Below are positions 9,527-17,154 of a stretch of DNA of 64,000 nt, piece by piece. Below the pieces are notes generated by a model. That model saw only the letters and a list, made by a program, of their open reading frames with translations. It did not search any database and was not told the origin of the DNA. This DNA comes from Actinomycetota bacterium (GTDB taxonomy: Bacteria > Actinomycetota > Nitriliruptoria > Nitriliruptorales > JAHWKO01). The translations under genes were made by a program, and so were the position numbers. Position 1 is the stretch's first letter; every line of letters starts with the position of its first letter. The stretch spans positions 17,655 to 81,654 of the forward strand of contig JAHWKW010000015.1 of NCBI GenBank assembly GCA_019347675.1, given 5' to 3'.

Positions 9527-10666
9527 CTACAGCGCCTTCACGCCCGCGATGAGGCGGTCCAACGTTTCCTCGTCCAGGTCCGGATCGGTCGTGATCCGTC
9601 GTTCGGTTGCTGGGGCGAACCGCTTCGGGCTGGTCGGGCCGGTCGAGCCGCCGACATCAGCCGACTCGGACGCCGATGGGACCGCCGTGGGGCGCGCCTG
9701 GAGCGGTCCGGGGGCGCGCGGCGGCGCCTCGGCCGGGGGCGTGAACGTGCCAGCTGGTCGCGGTGAGGTGCCGGCGGCACGCGGAGAGGCCTCGGCCGGG
9801 CGGAGAGGGGTCGCGGGGCGCGACGGCTCGTCGGGCGCGCGCGGGGCTGAGGCGAGGCGGCGCTGGGGCGCCGGCTCGAAGGCTGCTGCGCCCTCCTCGA
9901 GCTGGCGGATCAGTTCGACCTCGTCCAGGATCGCCGCGACCGACGAGGGGCCCTGGACGTCGACGTCGCGGACCTCCAGCACACCGGCGCCGACCATCCC
10001 GTACAGCAGCTTGCAGACGGCGAACTCACCCTTGCCGCTGAGCTCGACGAGGTCCCCGATCGTGCGCCGGCCGTCGACCATCGTCAGCAGCCGCCACTCC
10101 TCGGGCTTGAGGTTGACCTCGACACCGGCATCGTCGGGCGCCGGGGCCATCGCCACGACCGCCTCCAGGCCGGGGATCTTCTTGCGGACGGCGTCCCACT
10201 CCTGCAGGCGCCGAGAGCCCTCCATGATCAGGTTCTCGACCGTGACGGTGAGCCCGATCGGCTCGGCGAGGTCCAGGGCCGACTCGAACGCGAACTGGCC
10301 GTCGCTCCAGCGCATCAGGTCGAAGACCGCGTCCTGGATCTGCTCGCGGACGAACGTCTCGAGCGTGGCATCGTCGATCACGCGCTGCTCGACGAGGATG
10401 GTCCCCAACCGCGGACCACCGAGCTCGCGCTGCTGCTCCAAGGCCTGCTGGACCTGCTCGGCGGTGACCCGCCCGGCGGCGGCGAGCCGCTTGCCCAACG
10501 CCAGCCGGCCACCGCTGGCCAGCGCGTAGTAGACCTGACCGTCTCTGAACCAGACCTTGCCCTGACCACGGTCGCTGTGCAGGTCGAGCCGACCGGACTT
10601 CTTGGTCAGCGCCAGCAGCTGGAAGATGTCCGGCAGGCTGAAGCTGTCGAGGGTGCCCTCGAGCAT
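9527..10666 (-). CDS. DUF4388 (PATAN)-domain protein with a Pro/Ala-rich linker
   Basis: 379 aa. N-terminus LEGTLDSFSLPDIFQLLALTKKSGRLDL...GKVWFRDGQVYYA is the DUF4388 hallmark. Its stop abuts the GTPase start. Confidence 0.7.
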   Translation of the reverse strand: MLEGTLDSFSLPDIFQLLALTKKSGRLDLHSDRGQGKVWFRDGQVYYALASGGRLALGKRLAAAGRVTAEQVQQALEQQRELGGPRLGTILVEQRVIDDATLETFVREQIQDAVFDLMRWSDGQFAFESALDLAEPIGLTVTVENLIMEGSRRLQEWDAVRKKIPGLEAVVAMAPAPDDAGVEVNLKPEEWRLLTMVDGRRTIGDLVELSGKGEFAVCKLLYGMVGAGVLEVRDVDVQGPSSVAAILDEVELIRQLEEGAAAFEPAPQRRLASAPRAPDEPSRPATPLRPAEASPRAAGTSPRPAGTFTPPAEAPPRAPGPLQARPTAVPSASESADVGGSTGPTSPKRFAPATERRITTDPDLDEETLDRLIAGVKAL

Positions 10667-10708
10667 CGACCGAGATCCTCTCTTAACCCGACGTCGGTCG
10701 GGTCCTCG

Positions 10709-11176
10709 TCATCGCCACGCCGCTTCTTGAGCGGGGGGCTCGCTCTGCGGGGCGCCGGGGCCGGCGATGACCGCCGCGTAAGGGTCCTCGTCCTCGCGAC
10801 CCTCCAGGAGCACGTCACCGACCCGGGCGGCTGCGCGCCGCATCTCGAAGAGCATGAAACCGATCTTGGCCGTGCGACGCGCCACCGCGGTCAGCACGGC
10901 CTGGTCCTTGGCGGACATCAGGAACACGAAGCCCTGCTCGCCCTCGACGAAGATCTGGTTGAGCTGGCCGCGACCGAGACCCAGTGCTGCCTGCTCGCCC
11001 AACGACAGCAACGCGGCGCTCATCGCGCCGAGGCGGTCCTCCTCCATCTCCGCGGGCAGCGCGCTGGCCATGGGGAGGCCGTCGAACGACACGACGGCGG
11101 CAGCCTCCACGTCCGGGGAGCTCTGGATGAAGTCGTCGAGCGCCGCGGCGAGGCGCTGTGCCTTGGAATCAGCCAT
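10709..11176 (-). CDS. Roadblock/LC7 domain protein (MglB/CvnB-like)
   Basis: 155 aa. ...VEAAAVVSFDGLPMASA...RLGAMSAALLSLGEQAA...GQLNQIFVEGEQGFVFL... matches the Roadblock pattern. Confidence 0.7.
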   Translation of the reverse strand: MADSKAQRLAAALDDFIQSSPDVEAAAVVSFDGLPMASALPAEMEEDRLGAMSAALLSLGEQAALGLGRGQLNQIFVEGEQGFVFLMSAKDQAVLTAVARRTAKIGFMLFEMRRAAARVGDVLLEGREDEDPYAAVIAGPGAPQSEPPAQEAAWR

Positions 11177-11384
11177 CGTGACCCTCCTCGGTCAGCCCCC
11201 GCGGTCGCGGGTGGCGCGTGGCCGTAGCGCTGCACCCCCACGCACCAGAAGTCGGCAGGATCGCAGACCGACTTGAGGTCGCCCGGACGTGGCGAGCGCC
11301 CGTCCCTCCAGGCAGAGGGTAATAGCCGGCATGCCGGCGCGGGGCGGCTGGTGAGACGCTATCAACGGACGCCGAGCGCTCCTC

Positions 11385-12257
11385 TCAGCGTCCGCTCGGG
11401 ACGGTCAGCTTCGCGACCGCGGCCGCGGACATGATCCCGATCGGCGCGTCCTGCCCGGTCCAGCGGCGGTAGCTCGCCGCCGCCTGCGCGACCAGCATCC
11501 CCAGGCCGTGGTGGGCGTCGGCTCCGGACGCACGCGCCGCCTCGAGGAACGGCGTCTCGGCCGGTCGGTAGACCAGGTCGAGCGCCATCTGGTCCGCGCG
11601 GAGCTGGTGGAACGGGTCGGGCAGCGGCTCACCGGCCATCCCCAGTGGGGTGGCGTTGATCGCGAGCGCCGACTCGGCGACCGCCTCCTCCACCCACGCG
11701 TCCTCGTCCAGGCCGATCGCGCGCGCCTGCGGCGCCCCGCATCGCTCCGCCAGTCCCACCAGGTCCTCCGCGGCGTCGCGTCGACGCCCGATGACGGTGA
11801 CCGGCGCCCCGACGCGGCCCAACGCCACCACGCAGGCCCGGGCCGCCCCGCCGGTCCCGAGCACCACCGTCGGAGCGCCGGGCGGCAGGTTGAGATCCTC
11901 CTGCAGGACCCTTCCCACGCCCACCGCGTCGGTGTTGTCCCCGACCAGCCCGTCCGGGCCCCACACCAGCGTATTGACGGCGCCGACGAGACGCGCTTCC
12001 TCTGTGAGCCGATCGCACAGGCGGGTGACGTTCTCCTTGTGCGGGACGGTGACGTTGGCGCCGATCGCCTCGACAGCCCCAAGCGCCTCGACGACCGTGG
12101 CGAGCGCGTCCGGGGATGTGGGCAGCACGACGTAGACGAGGTCCAGCCCCTGCTCACGGAACGCGCTGTTGTGCATCACCGGCGACAGCGAGTGACGTAC
12201 CGGCCAACCGAGCAAGGCCACGAGCCGGGTGGAGGCCGCTGGCCAGCGGGCGTTCAC
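11385..12257 (-). CDS. aroE: Shikimate dehydrogenase
   Basis: 290 aa. GWPVRHSLSPVMHNSAF and GTGGAARA NADP motifs. Confidence 0.85.
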   Translation of the reverse strand: MNARWPAASTRLVALLGWPVRHSLSPVMHNSAFREQGLDLVYVVLPTSPDALATVVEALGAVEAIGANVTVPHKENVTRLCDRLTEEARLVGAVNTLVWGPDGLVGDNTDAVGVGRVLQEDLNLPPGAPTVVLGTGGAARACVVALGRVGAPVTVIGRRRDAAEDLVGLAERCGAPQARAIGLDEDAWVEEAVAESALAINATPLGMAGEPLPDPFHQLRADQMALDLVYRPAETPFLEAARASGADAHHGLGMLVAQAAASYRRWTGQDAPIGIMSAAAVAKLTVPSGR

Positions 12258-13360
12258 GACCCGTCCGGGCTCGGTGTCGCCGCCGTCGGTCCCGGTCGTG
12301 GGCGTTCGCGCAGCCTCTCGTACTCGGCCTTGTTGCGCTGGTGCTCCTGAAACGTCTCGGCGAAGGCGTGGCGGCCCTCCTCGTCCTTGATCACGTAGTA
12401 CAGGTAGTCGGTGTCGGCGGGAGAGAAGGCGGCTTCGATCGCGGCGCTGCCCGGCGACGCGATCGGGGTGGGTGGCAGGCCGGCCCGCTGGTAGAGGTTG
12501 TACGGCGAATCGACCGTCAGGTACTCGCCGGCGACCCGGTCGGTGTGCTCCCCCACCGCGTAGATGTTCGCAGCGTCGACCTGCAGCGGCTGTCCCGCCT
12601 CAAGACGGTTGTGGATGACCCCCGAGACCAGCGCGCGTTCCTCCGCGACCCTGACCTCCTCTTCGATCAGGCTCGCGATGACCAGCACCTCGTAGCGGTC
12701 GTAGCCGCGCGACGCAGCCGCCTCGATCGAGGTGTCGGGGACGGAATCGACCACCGAGGTGAGCTCGTCCACCATGCGCTGCAGGACCGCCTGTGGGGTC
12801 GCTCGCTTCGTGGAGAACTCGTATGTCTCGGGGAACAACAGGCCCTCGTAGGGGCTGCGCACGCCCGCCGGGAAATCCTGCAGCGGCGGGACCCAGTCCG
12901 GCACGGACAGCTGGCGATCGTCGAGGACCGCCCGGTACTCGTCGACGCTGAACGGCGACTCCTCGGCCAGCCTGGCCAGGATCTGGTCCACGGTCCAGCC
13001 CTCGGGGATGGTGAACCGGAACGACGCCGGGCTGCGCGGTCCGGCGAGGAAGCGGTCGATCGCCTGGTCGACGCTCATGCCGGTTTCGAAGTCGTAGGTG
13101 CCGGCCTGCAGTTCACGGTCGAGACCACGGCTGCGGGCCTTCAACCGGAAAGCCATCGCCGAACGCACCACATCCTTGTCTTCGAGTTCCTGTGCGACCG
13201 TGGCGGCGTTGGACCCTTCCGCGATCTCGACCGAGACGGGTGCTCCTTCGCCGGGCTCACCGCCGAGGCTCCACGCGACGTACGCCAGACCGCCGCCGAC
13301 GGCCACGACGCCCGCGACGAGGATGACCAGCACCCACATCGCACCGCGGCTCAGCGCCAT
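12254..13360 (-). CDS. mltG: Endolytic murein transglycosylase MltG (YceG family)
   Basis: 368 aa. N-terminal TM helix and the ...ASLIEEEVRVAEERALVSGVIHNRL... catalytic region. Confidence 0.85.
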   Translation of the reverse strand: MALSRGAMWVLVILVAGVVAVGGGLAYVAWSLGGEPGEGAPVSVEIAEGSNAATVAQELEDKDVVRSAMAFRLKARSRGLDRELQAGTYDFETGMSVDQAIDRFLAGPRSPASFRFTIPEGWTVDQILARLAEESPFSVDEYRAVLDDRQLSVPDWVPPLQDFPAGVRSPYEGLLFPETYEFSTKRATPQAVLQRMVDELTSVVDSVPDTSIEAAASRGYDRYEVLVIASLIEEEVRVAEERALVSGVIHNRLEAGQPLQVDAANIYAVGEHTDRVAGEYLTVDSPYNLYQRAGLPPTPIASPGSAAIEAAFSPADTDYLYYVIKDEEGRHAFAETFQEHQRNKAEYERLRERPRPGPTAATPSPDGS

Positions 13361-13372
13361 CGGTCACCCCTC

Positions 13373-13807
13373 TCATACGCCGCGTCTGGCGTGGTCCAGG
13401 TAGGCCTGGAGCAGGAGCGTAGCCGCGACCCGATCCAGGGCCTGGCGTCGCTCGCGGCGGCTGGCGTCCTGGGCGAGCATCGCGCGTTCGGCCTCCACGG
13501 TGGTGAACCGTTCGTCCCACAGCGCCACCACGAGACCGTGCTCGCGGACCCGATCGGCGACGGCGCGGGCGCGCTGGGCGGCGTGTCCCTCCCGTCCTGA
13601 CAGGGCACGGGGCAGCCCGACCACCACCGTGTCCGCCTGCCGGTCGCGGGCGACCTCGGTGATCGAGGCCGCGATCGCGTCGAGGTCATCGGCGTCGTCG
13701 ACCGTGAGCGTGGTCAGGGGCGTGGCGACCGTCGCCGACGGGTCGCTGAGCGCCAGGCCGATGCGGACGTCGCCGAGGTCGACGGCCAGGACACGTCCGC
13801 CGATCAG
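13373..13807 (-). CDS. ruvX: Holliday-junction-resolvase-like YqgF/RuvX. The start is uncertain and non-canonical.
   Basis: The track gives only the C-terminal 84 aa. Hand translation upstream in frame gives (L)IGGRVLAVDLGDVRIGLALSDP..., the YqgF N-terminus. No ATG, GTG or TTG is available before the upstream in-frame stop. Confidence 0.7.
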   Translation of the reverse strand: MIGGRVLAVDLGDVRIGLALSDPSATVATPLTTLTVDDADDLDAIAASITEVARDRQADTVVVGLPRALSGREGHAAQRARAVADRVREHGLVVALWDERFTTVEAERAMLAQDASRRERRQALDRVAATLLLQAYLDHARRGV

Positions 13808-16434
13808 CCCACCGCCCGGCGCGCCTCGTCGGCAGCGACGCGGAGAGCCTCGCCGAGCCGGGCGCCTTCACGACCGCCGGCCTGGGCGAGGTCAGCCTTC
13901 CCACCGGCACCGCCGCCGACGACCTGCGCCGCGGCGTGCAGGATCGGCCGCGCCTCCACACCGGCGTCGACGAGGTCAGTTGTGACCACGCCAACCAGCT
14001 GCGCCTTGCCTTCGGCGGTGGTCGTCCCGACCACCACCACGCCCCGCTGACCGAGGTGGTTGCGGATCTCCAGAGCGAGCTGGCGCAGCTCGTCGGTGTT
14101 GACGTCGACGGCCTCGTGGGTGACCACCGCCAGCCCGTCGGCACGCTGGGCGCTGGCGGCGATGGCGCGCGCGTCCTGGGCGAGGGTCGCGGCGCGGGCC
14201 CGTGCCAGCTGGCGCTCGGCATCGCGCAGGCGCTCCAGGAGCTGCTCGACGCGCGCCACCGCGTCGTCGGGGGCGACGTCGAGGAGGCGCGCGACCTCCT
14301 CGGCGACCAGCCGCTCGCGCGCCGCGTGTCGGTAGGCGTCGAAGCCGGTGAACGCCTCGATGCGGCGCTGGTTGGCGCCGATCGACTCCTCGCGAACCAG
14401 CACCAGCCCCCCCACACGGGCGGCCGACCGGACGTGGGTGCCGCCGCACAGCTCCTTGGAGAAGTCGCCGATCGCCACGACCCGGACCACCTCCCCGTAC
14501 TGCTCACCGAAGAGCGCGATGGCCCCGGCTGCCCGAGCCTCGTTCAACGGCATGATCTGGGTGCGGACCCCGTGGTCGGCCAGCAAGCGCTGGTTGACGC
14601 GGGCCTCGATCATCTCGAGCTGGTCACGCCCGACCTGCTCGAAGTGCGGGAAGTCGAACCGCAGCCGCCCCGCCTCGACCAGGGACCCGGCCTGCTGCGC
14701 GTGCTGGCCGAGCACCTCCCGGACGGTGGCGTGCAGGATGTGCGTGGCCGAGTGGCTGCGTTCGGTGGCGTGGCGGCGGTCGGCGTCCACCCGGGCGCGC
14801 ACGGGCTGGCCCTCGGCCACCTCGCCGGCGACCACCCGCACCCGATGGACGATCAGGCCCTCGATCGGTGACTGGGTATCGACAACCTCGAGACGCCCCG
14901 TGTCGGTCTCGAGCAGCCCGGTGTCGCCGACCTGACCGCCGCCTTCGGCGTAGAAAGGCGTGACCGGCAGGACGACCTCGACGTCGTCGCCCTCAGCAGC
15001 CGCAGCCACCACGCCCCCGGGCGTGACCACAGCCCCCAGCGCCGACTCCGACTCCACCCGGTCGTACCCGACGAACTCCACGCCGCCGACCCGTCCGGCG
15101 GCGTCGCGGTAGACGTGAGCGGGGACACCGTCGTCGCCGCGCTTCAACGCGCCCCGGGCCCGTTCCCTCTGCGCCTCCATCAGCCGCTCGAACTCGGCGC
15201 GGTCGAGGTCCAGGCCCGACTCCTGGACGATCTCCACGGTCAGGTCCACCGGGAAGCCGTAGGTGTCGTGCAGCTTGAAGGCCGTGTCGCCGGGGAGCGT
15301 GCGACGCCCCACCTGCTCGGCCTCGGCCACAGCATCCTCGAGGATGGTCAACCCCTGGCGCAGCGTCCGGGCGAACTCGGCCTCCTCCGCCCCGACCACG
15401 CGGGTGACCAGCTCGCGTTGCGCCTGCAGATCGGGGTAGCCCGGCGCCATGGTGGCGATCACCGCGTCGGCCATCGCGGGGAGGACCGGCGCCTCGGTGC
15501 CCAGCCCGCGGGCGTGGCGGACCGCACGGCGCAGCAACCGCCGCAGGATGTACCCGCGTCCCTCCTTGGACGGCAGCACACCGTCGGCGATCAGGAACGC
15601 CGCAGCGCGGGAGTGCTCGGCGACCACCCGCAGCGACACGTCGGACTCGCGTCCCCGTCCGTAGGTCACGCCGGTCAGTTCCTCGGCCCGGGCGATGATC
15701 GGCCGGTGGGTGTCGATGTCGTAGGCGGTCGGAACCTCCTGCTTGAGCATCGCGATCCGCTCGAGCCCGAGCCCCGTGTCCACGTTCTGCGCCGGCAGGT
15801 CCCCGATGATGTTCCCGGGGTCGTCACGCAGGTACTGCATGAACACGAGGTTGTAGTACTCGAAGTACCGCTCGGGGTCGGCGGCGGGACCCCCCTCGGG
15901 TCCGTACTGTGGGCCGCGGTCGTAGTACAGCTCCGAACACGGTCCGCACGGGCCGGCGACCCCCATCGACCAGAAGTTGTCGGCCTCGCCCATGGCCTGG
16001 ATGCGCGCGCGGGGCACGTCGGTCTCCGACTCCCACAGGTCGGCGGCTTCGTCGTCGTCCTTGAAGACGGTGACCCAGATCCGGTCGGGTTCCAGGCCCA
16101 GTGGGCCGATCGACAGCTCCCACGCCCACCGGATCGCGTCGCGCTTGAAGTAGTCGCCGAACGAGAAGTTGCCGAGCATCTCGAACAGCGTGAAGTGACG
16201 GCTGGTGCGGCCCACGTTCTCGATGTCGACCGTGCGGGCGCACTTCTGGAAGCTGGTGGCGCGGGGCGTCTCCGGCTGTGCGTCGCCGAGGAAGTACGGC
16301 TTGAACGGCACCATACCGGCATTGGTGAGCAACAGCGTCGGGTCGTTGGGGATCAGCGACGCCGACTCGTAGCGTCGGTGACCGCGTTCCTCGAAGAACT
16401 CCAGGAACGCCTCGCGGATCTCGAAGGCGTCCAC
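13804..16434 (-). CDS. alaS: Alanine--tRNA ligase
   Basis: 876 aa. FLEFFEERGH, PSASLIPNDPTLLLTNAGM-like motifs and the C-terminal DHHA1 region. Confidence 0.97.
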   Translation of the reverse strand: MDAFEIREAFLEFFEERGHRRYESASLIPNDPTLLLTNAGMVPFKPYFLGDAQPETPRATSFQKCARTVDIENVGRTSRHFTLFEMLGNFSFGDYFKRDAIRWAWELSIGPLGLEPDRIWVTVFKDDDEAADLWESETDVPRARIQAMGEADNFWSMGVAGPCGPCSELYYDRGPQYGPEGGPAADPERYFEYYNLVFMQYLRDDPGNIIGDLPAQNVDTGLGLERIAMLKQEVPTAYDIDTHRPIIARAEELTGVTYGRGRESDVSLRVVAEHSRAAAFLIADGVLPSKEGRGYILRRLLRRAVRHARGLGTEAPVLPAMADAVIATMAPGYPDLQAQRELVTRVVGAEEAEFARTLRQGLTILEDAVAEAEQVGRRTLPGDTAFKLHDTYGFPVDLTVEIVQESGLDLDRAEFERLMEAQRERARGALKRGDDGVPAHVYRDAAGRVGGVEFVGYDRVESESALGAVVTPGGVVAAAAEGDDVEVVLPVTPFYAEGGGQVGDTGLLETDTGRLEVVDTQSPIEGLIVHRVRVVAGEVAEGQPVRARVDADRRHATERSHSATHILHATVREVLGQHAQQAGSLVEAGRLRFDFPHFEQVGRDQLEMIEARVNQRLLADHGVRTQIMPLNEARAAGAIALFGEQYGEVVRVVAIGDFSKELCGGTHVRSAARVGGLVLVREESIGANQRRIEAFTGFDAYRHAARERLVAEEVARLLDVAPDDAVARVEQLLERLRDAERQLARARAATLAQDARAIAASAQRADGLAVVTHEAVDVNTDELRQLALEIRNHLGQRGVVVVGTTTAEGKAQLVGVVTTDLVDAGVEARPILHAAAQVVGGGAGGKADLAQAGGREGARLGEALRVAADEARRAVG

Positions 16435-16435
16435 C

Positions 16436-16723
16436 TCAGTGCTCGCCGGAGCGGTGGAGCGTGCGCGCCTCGTCCACGGTCAGGACGCCGTACCGGTGGC
16501 GCAGCTCAGCTTCCTTCTCCGTCGCCGCCGCAGCACCGGCAGCGATCGCGGTGCGCAGCCGGCGGCGCCACGCGCTGGTCGCGTCGCCGGCTCGCTGGGA
16601 CATCGCCCGTGGTGAGACGCGGGCGGCTGCACGATCGACGCGGCGCATGACGATCGCGCCCACCACGATCCCGATGCCGAGCCCGAAGAGGGTGAGGAAG
16701 ATGACGAGCAGCAGCTTGCGCAT
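16436..16723 (-). CDS. Small single-pass membrane protein, function unknown
   Basis: 95 aa. MRKLLLVIFLTLFGLGIGIVVGAIV TM helix. Tightly packed upstream of alaS. Confidence 0.45.
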   Translation of the reverse strand: MRKLLLVIFLTLFGLGIGIVVGAIVMRRVDRAAARVSPRAMSQRAGDATSAWRRRLRTAIAAGAAAATEKEAELRHRYGVLTVDEARTLHRSGEH

Positions 16724-16788
16724 GTCGCTCCTGGTCAGCTGTGTTCAGTCTCTACTCGCGCGCCGTGGCCTCGATCGTGGTCCCCAGG

Positions 16789-17154
16789 TCACGATCGTCG
16801 CTGCGCGGACACGGCGGCGCGCCAGGCTGCGGCCACCCCGCTGCCGTACGCAGCCACCTTGATCAGCGGGCCGACGATCGTCGCCTGGATCACCGCCATG
16901 GTCGCGTCGGCGCGGTCGGTGATGCGCTGTACGCCGGCGACGACCGCGTCGACGCGGGCCAGCTCGACGTTGACCCCGCTGACCGTCTCACCGACGCCCC
17001 CGATCAGCGGCACGGTCTCCTCGGTGATGCCCCGCACCAGGTTCCCGAGCTCGCTGATCAGCCGGAACACGTTGAGGAGGACCACGCAGAGCACCAGGAC
17101 CGCCAGCGCGAAGAAGGCGGCCGCGACGAGCGCGGCCCACTCGGTCCCGCTCAC
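16789..17154 (-). CDS. DUF948-like membrane protein
   Basis: GTG start at 17154 overlaps the rarA stop (GTGA). One TM helix followed by a repeated helical region (LISELGNLVRGITEETVPLIGGVGETVSGVN). Confidence 0.55.
   Translation of the reverse strand: MSGTEWAALVAAAFFALAVLVLCVVLLNVFRLISELGNLVRGITEETVPLIGGVGETVSGVNVELARVDAVVAGVQRITDRADATMAVIQATIVGPLIKVAAYGSGVAAAWRAAVSAQRRS

Noticed and set aside
11177-11384. Palindrome GCCGGCATGCCGGC (about 11326-11339) and a TTGATA-like hexamer upstream of the Roadblock gene, considered as an operator/promoter for the whole pilus operon.
   Set aside because: This is plausible, but GC-rich palindromes of this size are frequent in this DNA and I cannot define -35/-10 elements with confidence. 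It is left unannotated pending transcription start data.
13686-14507. Overlapping Arg/Pro-rich ORFs inside alaS, relA, secF, copCD and thrS (many entries in the track).
   Set aside because: They are off-frame shadows of well-supported genes and have no independent evidence.
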